From: an uncultured Pseudomonadales bacterium
GTDB lineage: Bacteria > Patescibacteriota > Microgenomatia > UBA1400 > UBA12028
Assembly (NCBI GenBank): GCA_964635905.1
Contig: CAZWPK010000001.1
Location: forward strand, 437,096 to 501,095
DNA length: 64,000 nucleotides
Direction: 5' to 3'
The notes beneath the pieces were generated by a model. That model was not told the DNA's origin and searched no databases. It saw only the letters and a list, made by a program, of their open reading frames with translations. The translations under genes were made by a program, and so were the position numbers. The first letter of the stretch is position 1. Every line of letters begins with the position of its first letter. Shown piece by piece: positions 17,189 through 26,624 of the stretch.

Positions 17189-18943
17189 TTAGACTGCCAA
17201 GTCTCGATTGGCATTCTTTTCGATAAGTTGCTGTATGAATTTCTCCACTTCCCAGACCCCGCGATTGACATTTCCTCGAGCACGGACAGAAACTGTTTCT
17301 GCCTGTGCCTCTTTGTTCCCGACGACCAGCATGTACGGTATTTTTTGGTGTTCTGCCTTTCGAATACGATTTTGCATACTTTCAGCTTCATTCCAGTTTT
17401 CGACACGAATTCCAGCTGCTTGCAATTTTTCAAGTAATCCTTGGGCATATGGCTGCTGATCTTGAGAGATTGGGATGATCACGGCTTGAATGGGAGACAA
17501 CCACAGTGGGTAAGCACCGGCAAAATGCTCAATCATGAAGGCAAGGAAGCGCTCATGGACTGATAATGGAGCACGATGGATGACAAAGACTTCAGTAGAC
17601 TGCGCTCCTGATTCATCGACATACTCGAGTCCAAAACGCTTTTTTGCAGCAAAATCGAGTTGAATGGTCGACATTGTCTCTTCCCTCCCAATGGCAGATT
17701 TAAACTGCACATCCACTTTTGGACCGTAAAAAGCTGCTTCATCATCGGCTTCCACAAATTTCACATCAAGCTCTTGGAGGACTTCGCGCAGCACATTTTG
17801 ACTTAATTCCCAGTTCTCGGGCTCATCGATGTACTTTTCTGTGTTTGCGCTATCCCATTTGGATAAGCGGAACCAATAGTCCTTGAGACCAAAGATCTTA
17901 AAGTACTCCATGGTGAGCCTGAGCACGTTAGCGAATTCTTCTTTGATTTGGTCCTTTCGGGCATAAATGTGGGCATCGTTCATACTCATGCCGCGGACAC
18001 GCAAGAGCCCTGCCAGGGCCCCAGACAACTCATTGCGGTAGCAGGTGCCATATTCTGCAATGCGCATGGGAAGCTCTTTGTAGCTTCGAGGCGTATGCTG
18101 GAAGATCCGATGATGATGCGGACAGTTCATAGCTTTGAGATAATAGGTTCCATCATCCATGACCATGGGTGGATACATACTATCTTTGTAGTATGGCAAG
18201 TGACCGGACGTTAGAAAGAGCTCTTCTTTGGCAATATGGGGGGTCGCCACGCGCACATACCCGGCCTTTGCTTCTTGCTCCTTGGCGAGTTTTTCCACTT
18301 GATCGCGTAGGATTGTGCCGTTGGGAAGCCACATAATGAGACCCTTGCCCACCATCTCATCGATGAAGAAGAGCTCTTGGTCTTTTCCGATTTTTCGGTG
18401 ATCGCGCTTCTTGGCTTCTTCTAGCATTGTTAGATGGGCGTCTAATTCTTTTTGCGACGAGAAACAGGTTCCATAGATACGTGTAAGCATGGCGTTCTTC
18501 TCACTACCGCGCCAATAGGCACCAGCAACGGAAAGCAGCTTGAAATAGCGGAGCTCTTCATCAGGATGTTCTACATGTCCTCCTCGACACAAGTCAGAAT
18601 AGTCTCCCGACGTGTACATGGATAAGACCTCACCTTTAGTGGCAAATTCTTCGATCAATTCCTGTTTATACGGGTTATCCTGGTATTCGTTCTTGGCTTC
18701 ATCTACCGAGACTTCCTGACGGGAGAAATCCTTCCAGGTTTTGGCGATGGCATGCATCCGTTCTTCAATAGCTGGAAAATCACTTTCCGAGATCGGTTTC
18801 TCAAATTCAAAGTCAAAATAGAATCCTGAATCGATGGCTGGACCAATCGTACGCTTGGTTGTTGGCCAGAGATCCATGACTGCTGCTGCAAGTAAATGTG
18901 CGCAGGAGTGGCGTAGATATTCGAGATATAGTTCTTTTTTCAT
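17189..18943 (-). CDS. thrS: threonine--tRNA ligase (compact form lacking the N-terminal TGS domain)
   Basis: HSCAHLLA second-domain motif. Class II catalytic core and anticodon-binding domain. AAAGGA RBS. Confidence 0.9.
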   Translation of the reverse strand: MKKELYLEYLRHSCAHLLAAAVMDLWPTTKRTIGPAIDSGFYFDFEFEKPISESDFPAIEERMHAIAKTWKDFSRQEVSVDEAKNEYQDNPYKQELIEEFATKGEVLSMYTSGDYSDLCRGGHVEHPDEELRYFKLLSVAGAYWRGSEKNAMLTRIYGTCFSSQKELDAHLTMLEEAKKRDHRKIGKDQELFFIDEMVGKGLIMWLPNGTILRDQVEKLAKEQEAKAGYVRVATPHIAKEELFLTSGHLPYYKDSMYPPMVMDDGTYYLKAMNCPHHHRIFQHTPRSYKELPMRIAEYGTCYRNELSGALAGLLRVRGMSMNDAHIYARKDQIKEEFANVLRLTMEYFKIFGLKDYWFRLSKWDSANTEKYIDEPENWELSQNVLREVLQELDVKFVEADDEAAFYGPKVDVQFKSAIGREETMSTIQLDFAAKKRFGLEYVDESGAQSTEVFVIHRAPLSVHERFLAFMIEHFAGAYPLWLSPIQAVIIPISQDQQPYAQGLLEKLQAAGIRVENWNEAESMQNRIRKAEHQKIPYMLVVGNKEAQAETVSVRARGNVNRGVWEVEKFIQQLIEKNANRDLAV

Positions 18944-18969
18944 AGTGTCCTTTATAGACTATTCCTCAA

Positions 18970-19290
18970 TTACTGTTGGCTTGGAGAAGTACGGGCCTGA
19001 GGAAAGAATCCCGCCTGCTCCAATGTAGTTCGGGTTACAGTCAAAATCGTTGAGAGTCGCGGTGCAATCAACTGTGCGATGAGGACGGAAAGTAAAAAAC
19101 CCATCAAGAGTGTTGCCATCACACCGCCAAGCCCTGCCATGAATCCTGCAAAGAAGTGACGTTTCGCAATTTCCTTATATGAGACAACAAAAATGCTGGG
19201 TTGCTCTCTATATTGTGCTGGTTGTTCGACTTTTTTTGTCGTTTTCATACAAAAAAACCACGCTGTCTTTTGTTCCAAATGTTCCAACAA
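18970..19290 (-). CDS. small single-TM membrane protein (106 aa); paralog of the ORF at 19867-20202
   Basis: Shared motif RxxFxAGxMxGLGG followed by a TM helix, present in both ORFs. Confidence 0.4.
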   Translation of the reverse strand: MLEHLEQKTAWFFCMKTTKKVEQPAQYREQPSIFVVSYKEIAKRHFFAGFMAGLGGVMATLLMGFLLSVLIAQLIAPRLSTILTVTRTTLEQAGFFPQARTSPSQQ

Positions 19291-19428
19291 AAGATCCGGT
19301 GGTCTTACTTCACTCCCGTTCGCAGGGAGTCAGCGTCTTATGCCCTGGGTGGTGAGTCCAGAAAGAGATGAATCTAAGAGCAAGTATACAATATTTGGGA
19401 GTGATTGGATAGATTCTATCGATCCTTT

Positions 19429-19860
19429 TTAGAAACGAAATTGCTTACGAAGTGTTGACATCAGATTACGAGCATTAAAGTCCTTGTCTGTAGCTTCATT
19501 AACAGTAGCGATGATTCGTTCCAAAAATACTCCGGTTCGTGTGGATTCTCCTGGATCAAGAGGAAACATTAAATATGACACGCTGGTCTCTGTGGGTGTT
19601 TCGGGATTAATAGGAAACATTATGAATGACACACCTTTACGAAGGAGAGCATCGAGGGACTGAATAACAGAGTCAATACTAGTGGGATTTTGCTCCAACA
19701 AAAGAAGTCCAGTAAGCGCGTTTTTAGCTTCTAGTAAACGATCATCATACACAACTGTACCATCAACTTTTTGAAAACTAGTCTGACGAACAAAATCAAC
19801 AACCTCTTCTAGAGCAATCACTGGTTTTTCCATAGACTTATAGTATACACCTTGAGGCAA
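19429..19860 (-). CDS. hypothetical protein (143 aa) with an internal repeat (SFIMFPINPE / SYLMFPLDPG)
   Basis: ORF flanked by the two paralogous membrane ORFs. Confidence 0.4.
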   Translation of the reverse strand: MPQGVYYKSMEKPVIALEEVVDFVRQTSFQKVDGTVVYDDRLLEAKNALTGLLLLEQNPTSIDSVIQSLDALLRKGVSFIMFPINPETPTETSVSYLMFPLDPGESTRTGVFLERIIATVNEATDKDFNARNLMSTLRKQFRF

Positions 19861-19866
19861 GTATGG

Positions 19867-20202
19867 TTATTCTTGAGGCTGGCTTTGCTGGAATTGACGG
19901 ATTAAGTTCTCCGGGACAATGATTTGTCGAGATCCACCGGAGGAAGGTTCAGTCAGCGTATCCATCTGAGATTGGGTTTTATTGAGAGACTCTACCATCT
20001 TCATTAGGCTCTCTGCTTGTTTTAAGGTTCCAGAAATCTGCGGAAGTATGAAATTGGTAAAGAGAAAATACAGCAGAATCCAGGATAGAACAGTCACAAT
20101 TAGCCCACCTAGTCCATGCATCATTCCTGCTACGAAATTTTTTCGGGCAATTTCTCCAGTTGTTGCATCGTAGAGTGACTTTGAAGAGTGTGATGTGTCC
20201 AT
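19867..20202 (-). CDS. small single-TM membrane protein (111 aa); paralog of 18970-19290
   Basis: FVAGMMHGLGGLIVTVLSWILLYF aligns with FFAGFMAGLGGVMATLLMGFLLSV in the paralog. Confidence 0.4.
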   Translation of the reverse strand: MDTSHSSKSLYDATTGEIARKNFVAGMMHGLGGLIVTVLSWILLYFLFTNFILPQISGTLKQAESLMKMVESLNKTQSQMDTLTEPSSGGSRQIIVPENLIRQFQQSQPQE

Positions 20203-20239
20203 GATTGTACTGTGCAGGAGGATGATTGAATTGTCAATT

Positions 20240-20545
20240 CTATATGCGGTTTCGAGTAGTCATTTTTAGATATGGAAAAGTGAGCTGAATGGACTGATCG
20301 ATGGATAATAGTCCAACATGAACTCGGGGAAATGGATCAGCTATTCGACAAGAATCTAAATACAGAAGATAGGCTTTAATGGATTCCGTTTGAGGCTTCA
20401 CTGCTGATAACTGATCGTAAACCGCGTCAATATATGGAGGTATTGCTGCGTATTTTGTGAAATCTGGTTTTTCTCCAGCATTGATTCTACGTACAAAATC
20501 TATTAGTTGTGTACTACTAATACGGGGGGAGAGTTTTTCTTTCAT
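20240..20545 (-). CDS. hypothetical protein (101 aa)
   Basis: ORF only. Confidence 0.25.
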   Translation of the reverse strand: MKEKLSPRISSTQLIDFVRRINAGEKPDFTKYAAIPPYIDAVYDQLSAVKPQTESIKAYLLYLDSCRIADPFPRVHVGLLSIDQSIQLTFPYLKMTTRNRI

Positions 20546-20611
20546 ATGCGGGAAATGAAATTCTGATTCACCTGTGAAATGAATGGTAGAGCCTGAGATT
20601 TAATAACTAAT

Positions 20612-21373
20612 TTATTGTCGGTTCGTGAGCACTCTAGAAATTCTATCTTTCAACTCGTTAGCCCATTTTTCAACTTTATCTACAGCATTTGGAGCGACCT
20701 TCTTGCGAAGTTCGCTAACATAGTCATCGGGTAGTTTTGCTGTTACAGCAACTTGAAGTGCTACCCATTCAAGACCGCTCCTAAGTGCAGCCTCTACATT
20801 AGCTTTAGCGACCTCTTGAGCAAGAGGACTAACGTATGTGCCGTCATACCCATCTTGTCTAAACCTATATGCATCGAAAAGTAAGCGAATTCGCCAGTCA
20901 TCACTTTTTATAAACCCTTCATTGTAGGCATCCAATATTTGACGAACATATAACCCAAAGGCTTTTTCTTCCTTACCTCTCCATGACTCTATTCCTTTGT
21001 CATTTGCATCTACACCTGCTGTTTGTGTTTTAACGGCTATCCTACCTTTTCGAAGCATAGTCCCAGCCATCATATGTGCAGCATTATAATCACCCTCTTC
21101 AATTGCTTTATCATACTGCTCAAAAACAAATTGCTCTCCAAACTCAGGCAAATCTAATTTCGCAGCTTCTGAATACTCGAGCATTTGCACTGCTGCTGCA
21201 CGGAATCCTTGAGAGAGATCTCTTTGTACAGCAACCTTAACCAAATCTGCTTTGAGCTTCTGGCTCGAAACGTGGATAATGGCCGAGGTGATTGCATATT
21301 CAGAGCTAAGGCCACCGCTTGTATCTAAGTATCCAAGGCTCTCGGGTTCTTGTTCACTGATAAGTCTTCGCAT
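20612..21373 (-). CDS. hypothetical protein (253 aa)
   Basis: ORF with no recognisable motifs. Confidence 0.35.
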   Translation of the reverse strand: MRRLISEQEPESLGYLDTSGGLSSEYAITSAIIHVSSQKLKADLVKVAVQRDLSQGFRAAAVQMLEYSEAAKLDLPEFGEQFVFEQYDKAIEEGDYNAAHMMAGTMLRKGRIAVKTQTAGVDANDKGIESWRGKEEKAFGLYVRQILDAYNEGFIKSDDWRIRLLFDAYRFRQDGYDGTYVSPLAQEVAKANVEAALRSGLEWVALQVAVTAKLPDDYVSELRKKVAPNAVDKVEKWANELKDRISRVLTNRQ

Positions 21374-21693
21374 TTCGACTAGAGCCTCACCCCGAATGTT
21401 TCCGGCGTTTTCCGGAGCTCATCGTAACATACCAAAAGTTGTGCCATCGGGAGCTTCCACCGTTCCCATTGCACTAACCATTCTGCCTGAAGCTTCTTGT
21501 GTCATATCTCGCTTTCTTTTTATTGCTGAGTAGCATTATCCTCGAATTGAAATTATAGCATTTCTTACACATTCTGATAAATTTTATTTTGATGAAATGT
21601 ACTGCCTAAAGAAGAATCTAACAATCTCAGTGAAGTTTCGGCTTTGCCGGCTTGGTATCGTCCATGTCCAAATTGGTAAGGAGAAAAATAAAA

Positions 21694-21769
21694 GGTGGGC
21701 GGTAGAGGAGTCGGACCTCTGACCTTTACAATGTCAATGTAACGCTCTAACCAACTGAGCTAACCGCCC
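21694..21769 (-). tRNA. tRNA-Val (anticodon GAC), with an atypical T-loop (UCCGACU, C at position 55)
   Basis: Reverse complement GGGCGGTTAGCTCAGTTGGTTAGAGCGTTACATTGACATTGTAAAGGTCAGAGGTCCGACTCCTCTACCGCCCA folds as a cloverleaf: 7-bp acceptor, D-loop AGTTGGTTA, anticodon loop TTGACAT. CC but no full CCA is encoded. Confidence 0.7.
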
Positions 21770-21843
21770 AACAGAACCACGATTATAACAGATATTCTGT
21801 TCCAAAATAATGTCTTACCTGCACTAGGAGATAGAACTAATGC

Positions 21844-22251
21844 TTATTCTCTAGCGCTAAAATGCTTCTCGAAGTTCATGACGAGGGCAGTAATGACTGT
21901 CTCAGCTGTAAACCCACGACTGATTTCCACTGCTCCGGCGCTAGAAAGCTCAGTATACAATGCAACTGTTTCTTGACCCCCCCTGAGTAGCGTTGGGATA
22001 TAGATGATGGGAAAATCGTTTCGAATCGCTGCAAGAATGGTATTTCTATCAGAGACTCTAATATGGTGTAACACTGCAAAATCGAGTTTTTTTGAGGTTA
22101 AGTAGCGAGTTAGCATGGGAGGAACTTTATCTTCAAATTGACTTTGACCATCAAGAAGTGAAGATAAATATAGTGCTAATGGGTATGCCTCTACAGTGGA
22201 ATTTACGATTAGCCCACTCTTTCCTTCTAAGAACTTTGGAATATCAACCAT
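21844..22251 (-). CDS. hypothetical protein (135 aa)
   Basis: ORF only. Confidence 0.35.
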   Translation of the reverse strand: MVDIPKFLEGKSGLIVNSTVEAYPLALYLSSLLDGQSQFEDKVPPMLTRYLTSKKLDFAVLHHIRVSDRNTILAAIRNDFPIIYIPTLLRGGQETVALYTELSSAGAVEISRGFTAETVITALVMNFEKHFSARE

Positions 22252-22290
22252 ACGAAGTAGTTAACTGTACTTGCATCTATCTATAGCGAT

Positions 22291-22704
22291 TTACATTCTG
22301 CGAATGTTCATGACACGACCATTGTCCTCTGGATTGATTAAAACCTCTTTTCTGGCTGTCAAAATGACTTCGGCTAGTCTGGTTGCGGACGATGATTCCT
22401 TCATCGTTCGAATGGTATTCAGGAATTCCGTTAATTGAGGTTGAGTGGCATCAGTGTCAAGGTAGAGCCTAACCTTTGAGCTCTGCAATGCAGATTGAAG
22501 ACCATAAGCGTCGATCGTACCATCTTCTCGTACAAAGGAAGATACTGAAAGAATTGTTATTTCCCCATACTTGTCGAAAAGAGCATCTGAAACTGTATCC
22601 GCAAAGAGATCGGGGTTCATGTTCGAAAGAACGATGGCAGGGACCATCGGTACAAAGGTCCATACTTCGTCACTTAACCATCTGCGTAGTTCTGGATTTT
22701 GCAT
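22291..22704 (-). CDS. hypothetical protein (137 aa)
   Basis: ORF only. Confidence 0.35.
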   Translation of the reverse strand: MQNPELRRWLSDEVWTFVPMVPAIVLSNMNPDLFADTVSDALFDKYGEITILSVSSFVREDGTIDAYGLQSALQSSKVRLYLDTDATQPQLTEFLNTIRTMKESSSATRLAEVILTARKEVLINPEDNGRVMNIRRM

Positions 22705-22708
22705 AGCC

Positions 22709-23458
22709 TTACCCTACATTGCGAGCCACTTGGTGTTCCTGGCTCATTAAATAGGCGGTACCACCCTTTTGACTGTAGACTTGGTTCCAGAACGCACCCT
22801 GCTTTTTGCTTCGGGAATTAAAGTTCTCAATCCAGGTATTAGCCTCGTGGACACGTTTTCGCAGTAACACAACAAAGTTTAGGAGCTGCTGGAAGAAATG
22901 GACATGGTACGTGCCAGGATCGCTGACATCTTGATGAATGGCGGTCTTGACACTGCCATCTAAGGTTTTGATTTCTTTGGCCAGGGCTTTAAGTTGCTCT
23001 TGGAGCTGCTTGATGACTTCTTTGTCCTTTTGCTCCCGCATGTTAAAGACTTCCGTCATTTGGAATTCTTTGTGACGAACAGCGCGCTGTTTCTCAAGAT
23101 CCATCTCCTGTCGCTGCTTGTCAATTTCAGCTTGTTGCTCGAGTGCTTTTGCAAAGGGATTTTCTGACTGAGAGTCATTGTTCTCGGAAGGCTGCGAGGT
23201 TCCCGTGCCAAAGATAGAACTCATGGCATCATTGACGATTTGACCCGGAATGGCGGATGCCTGTTTCACGGTGGTTCCACCAATTTCCTGGATTGCCCGT
23301 GCGAACGGGTTTCCAGTAAATGAAGGAGCTGGTCGTGATGATTTTCCAGGCGTGTTCATATTCACAAAACCCACCATACGAGAACTTCCGTCGTAGGTGG
23401 ACTTAAGACTACACCAGATTATACGCACCTGTCTTGAGTAAATCAAGCGCGAAACCAT
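22709..23458 (-). CDS. hypothetical coiled-coil protein (249 aa; the true start is probably internal)
   Basis: ORF with a central Gln/Glu/Lys-rich coiled-coil segment. Confidence 0.35.
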   Translation of the reverse strand: MVSRLIYSRQVRIIWCSLKSTYDGSSRMVGFVNMNTPGKSSRPAPSFTGNPFARAIQEIGGTTVKQASAIPGQIVNDAMSSIFGTGTSQPSENNDSQSENPFAKALEQQAEIDKQRQEMDLEKQRAVRHKEFQMTEVFNMREQKDKEVIKQLQEQLKALAKEIKTLDGSVKTAIHQDVSDPGTYHVHFFQQLLNFVVLLRKRVHEANTWIENFNSRSKKQGAFWNQVYSQKGGTAYLMSQEHQVARNVG

Positions 23459-23479
23459 CTTATAGTAAATGAATTGGCC

Positions 23480-24355
23480 TTAGGCTGTGATACCAGCTTC
23501 GTGCTTGATCGCTTCGACCGTCTTTTTACGGGCAACAATAGCTGTTGCCTCTTCTCGCATTTGGTCTTGGAACTTTTTGTCCATTTTGGAAAGTGATTCT
23601 CCTGCGAAAGCCTCAATTTCTTCCTTGGTGGGAGTAATGGCGAGTTCTTTGGTCAGTTGTAGTAAGACAAACTCGAGTTGGAGTGTGGCCAAGGCATTGG
23701 CCATGTACTCTTGCTGCAGGGCATTAATGTCTTTGCCAATCTGCTTTAGGTATGTATCCAGTTCAATTCGATGGGAGGCCAAGTGCCGCGCAAAATCTTC
23801 CAGTTGCTTGCGTGTCTCATTCTCGAGCAATAAGGGGGCAATTTTTGGATTAATCGACTGAATTAGGGCTCCAAAGATGTAACTTAACTGTTTGTTGGCC
23901 AAATCCTCATCTTTTTCTTCTGGAGTGTCTTTTTTGGGAAGATTTTTAGCAGCCTCTTTGAGTATCTTTTTCCAGTCTCCTAAGATCACGACTGGAGCAA
24001 CTGCGGTACTGGCTTCAATAACCCAATCTTGACCAGGCTCGATGCTTTTAGCTTGAACTTGGGGAGAGACTAGAGGGATGAGCTTGAGTTCTTTGATTTT
24101 GGCGGAATACAGATCTGGAACGAGACGTTCGAGAACATATTCAATCAGTTTGAGACTTCCTACATTCTCTTCAGCAAGTTTTTTTGGGGCTTTGCCTTTA
24201 CGGAAACCTGGAAGTGTGACGGAGGAAGCGTACGAGGCTAAGACCTTTTGGTATTCACGCTCGTGAGCCTCTTTTTTGAGGGTGAGCGTGACAACAGTAT
24301 TCTCTCCGATGGGAGATGCAACGGTTTCTGGTTTTTTCTCATCTGATTTTGCCAT
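23480..24355 (-). CDS. tig: trigger factor, short form (N-terminal ribosome-binding and C-terminal domains; no PPIase domain)
   Basis: GFRKGKAP ribosome-binding signature at the expected position. 291 aa. Confidence 0.75.
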   Translation of the reverse strand: MAKSDEKKPETVASPIGENTVVTLTLKKEAHEREYQKVLASYASSVTLPGFRKGKAPKKLAEENVGSLKLIEYVLERLVPDLYSAKIKELKLIPLVSPQVQAKSIEPGQDWVIEASTAVAPVVILGDWKKILKEAAKNLPKKDTPEEKDEDLANKQLSYIFGALIQSINPKIAPLLLENETRKQLEDFARHLASHRIELDTYLKQIGKDINALQQEYMANALATLQLEFVLLQLTKELAITPTKEEIEAFAGESLSKMDKKFQDQMREEATAIVARKKTVEAIKHEAGITA

Positions 24356-24640
24356 AAAAACCCTTTCTAGGGGCGCTATGTAGGATAGCGTTCACAACAT
24401 TACTGCATGGAAGAAAACGGCGTCGCCAGAGGTACAGAGCTTCGAATCACCGAGGTATACACTCCCCAGGCAAAGACGCCAATGGTAGGAAGTAAACCAA
24501 TCAAAACTATGACCAAATAGAGTGAAAGACTCCGTGTTTTCATGGAAGGTAGTATAGCACGAGCCAGATGAAAGTTCGGCATGACTGGACAAAGGTACAC
24601 GGGATCTGTATTGTCAGTACTGTAGAAAAAAGGAGCTTGT

Positions 24641-25258
24641 ATGAGTGATGCAACCGATGTATTTCCCACAACGACCGAATCCGACTCTCCAACCGATATC
24701 GGAGAGAAAATCGATGTCTTAGAGCCCGGTGAGATTGTTACCACGCTCGATGCCGGTGATGATGCACCAGAATTAACCGCCGGCGATGATGATGTTCTCC
24801 CTGCAGGTGACTCTACTGATCCAGCCGATACTCCAGCAGGTGATCAAAAGCCACAGGCTACCTTTGATCCCAATACGCTGATCGCTCTGCAAGGCATCAT
24901 TAATCGCCAATCAGCCAAGCTTGATGAGTTAAAAGATGACGCTAAAAAGCTGTCCGAGAGTGTAAAATCCATCGTTGAAAACGACCAGGAGCTGTCGCAA
25001 ATCGAGGAACAAGCTAAAGAAATTGTAAAACTTCAGAAGGAACGTAAGCAGAGCTTAGCCAACTCACCGGAAAGTACTCAACTGAAACTAAAAATAAAGG
25101 ATATCAAAGAAAGTATTAAGGATTTGGAAGAAAGCTTAAATAACCACCTGCTAAACTTTTATCAAATGACCGGAGTCAAAGTCTTTGACACGGATGATGG
25201 ATCTACCCGTGAATTTGAAGTTCGAGCAAAATTGCGCTCCAAGAAGAAAGCAGCCTAA
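24641..25258 (+). CDS. acidic coiled-coil protein (205 aa)
   Basis: Strong AAGGAG RBS 6 nt upstream. Asp/Glu-rich N-terminus and coiled-coil C-terminus. Followed by a terminator. Confidence 0.5.
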   Translation: MSDATDVFPTTTESDSPTDIGEKIDVLEPGEIVTTLDAGDDAPELTAGDDDVLPAGDSTDPADTPAGDQKPQATFDPNTLIALQGIINRQSAKLDELKDDAKKLSESVKSIVENDQELSQIEEQAKEIVKLQKERKQSLANSPESTQLKLKIKDIKESIKDLEESLNNHLLNFYQMTGVKVFDTDDGSTREFEVRAKLRSKKKAA

Positions 25259-25282
25259 GATTTCAAGAAATGTTTTCGCACT

Positions 25283-25315
25283 AAAAAACCCCGCCGGATG
25301 ACGGGGTTTTTGTTT
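25283..25315. terminator. bidirectional rho-independent terminator between the convergent 24641 gene and pyk
   Basis: AAAAAACCCCGCCGGATGACGGGGTTTTTGTTTT, a GC hairpin flanked by A- and T-runs. Confidence 0.7.
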
Positions 25316-25335
25316 TCACGATCGTTTTCACCTGA

Positions 25336-26376
25336 CTAAATGCGTACTTGCCATTCGGTCGTTGAGACTGCGGGGACAACCCCTTCCGTGTACTCTAGAA
25401 TCTTTGCCATCGTTTGGACGACAATCAGTGGATGTGCTCCTCCGGCAGTTTCCTCCGACAGCATCGTTGCATCGGTTCCATCATAGACAGCATTGGCGAC
25501 ATCACAGATCTCAGCTCGAGTAGGACGAACATTCTTGACCATGGAGTGCAACATTTGGGTTGCAGTGATCACAGGTTTTTTCTTCGTATTACTCAGTTTG
25601 ATCATGCGTTTTTGTTCAAAAGCTAGCCGTTCGAATGGAATCTCTACGGCCAAATCTCCACGTGCGACCATAATGAGATCGGCTTGATCAATGATTTCTT
25701 CCAAATGATCCAGCGCGGTCTGATTTTCGATCTTTGCACAGATGCGAGATTTCACGCCTCTTTTATCCAACTCTTCACGCAAGTGGACGACGTCGGTTTT
25801 TGTTCGTGTGAAGGATAATGCCACATAGTCCACATCAGCCATGTTGCGCATCTCAATTTTCAAGTAGTCATCTTCCGTCATAGACGGTAGCTCAATGTCG
25901 GCTCCAGGGAAGTTGACACTCTTACGGTGCTTAATAATACAGGCCTGTTTGCTTTTGGCGACAAATTGGTCTGGTTTCACGGATTCAACTGTAAATTCCA
26001 TGACTCCATCGTCGATAAGGACTGCTTGACCTGCCTTGACGGCAGCAAAGACTTCTGGTGTTGGGATTCGGATATGTTTACCTTCGATGTGCTCCAAGGA
26101 GAAGACCACGTCCTCGTTAAGGTCGTACCCAACTTCCAGCTTTTCGATTGTTTCAAGACGAACTTCAGGGCCTTGGAGGTCAATTAGGATCCCGACGTCG
26201 ATACCTTTGTCTTTACAGACCGATCGTACACGGTCAATGCGCTCTTCATGCCATGCGCGATCCGCATGTTTCATGTTAAAACGGAAAATATTGACTCCTG
26301 CGTTGATTAACGCCTCGATTTGTTCGGGACTGTCACTGACGGGGCCGATTGTGGCCACAATTTTAGTTTTTTTCAT
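25336..26376 (-). CDS. pyk: pyruvate kinase (barrel + A domain only; lacks the C-terminal regulatory domain)
   Basis: [20 protein letters not shown] and ATQMLHSM motifs. 346 aa. Confidence 0.85.
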   Translation of the reverse strand: MKKTKIVATIGPVSDSPEQIEALINAGVNIFRFNMKHADRAWHEERIDRVRSVCKDKGIDVGILIDLQGPEVRLETIEKLEVGYDLNEDVVFSLEHIEGKHIRIPTPEVFAAVKAGQAVLIDDGVMEFTVESVKPDQFVAKSKQACIIKHRKSVNFPGADIELPSMTEDDYLKIEMRNMADVDYVALSFTRTKTDVVHLREELDKRGVKSRICAKIENQTALDHLEEIIDQADLIMVARGDLAVEIPFERLAFEQKRMIKLSNTKKKPVITATQMLHSMVKNVRPTRAEICDVANAVYDGTDATMLSEETAGGAHPLIVVQTMAKILEYTEGVVPAVSTTEWQVRI

Positions 26377-26624
26377 ACGAGTTTAGGGAATGTTCCCTCC
26401 TTACTACAATACTTAAGACCAAAAATGATTGAAAGCGCTGACAGTTTGTCGTCCTACCTATTAGGCATGTCTTCGTAGTACATTCTTCTTTCGTAATTAA
26501 TGAATAGATTGATGTATCCGTCCAATCTAGCCAATGTTTCGGGTAGCAGTCATATTCGACGACTGCTAATAACGATAGATCTAGTCTGATGTCTATCGAT
26601 ACACTACCTTCGGAGTGGATGTTG

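Noticed and set aside
19291-19430. A T-box leader upstream of thrS (expected by analogy with argS/serS and Firmicute thrS)
   Set aside because: No GGGTGGTACCGCG-like motif was found on the minus strand in the region upstream of the thrS-proximal ORFs. Only generic hairpins were present.
24400-24744. Minus-strand 114-aa ORF overlapping the start of the 24641 + strand gene
   Set aside because: The + strand gene has a consensus AAGGAG RBS and a terminator. The minus ORF overlaps it by ~100 nt and lacks an RBS. A short C-terminal TM peptide (from the internal Met) cannot be excluded, but it is unsupported.
26377-26624. Possible structured ncRNA in the 250-nt pyk-argS intergenic region (several hairpins, e.g. 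GATAGA...TCTATC, GCAGTC...GACTGC)
   Set aside because: No recognisable conserved motif of SRP, 6S, RNase P or tmRNA. The hairpins are most simply the argS terminator region and pyk promoter/leader. Left unclassified.
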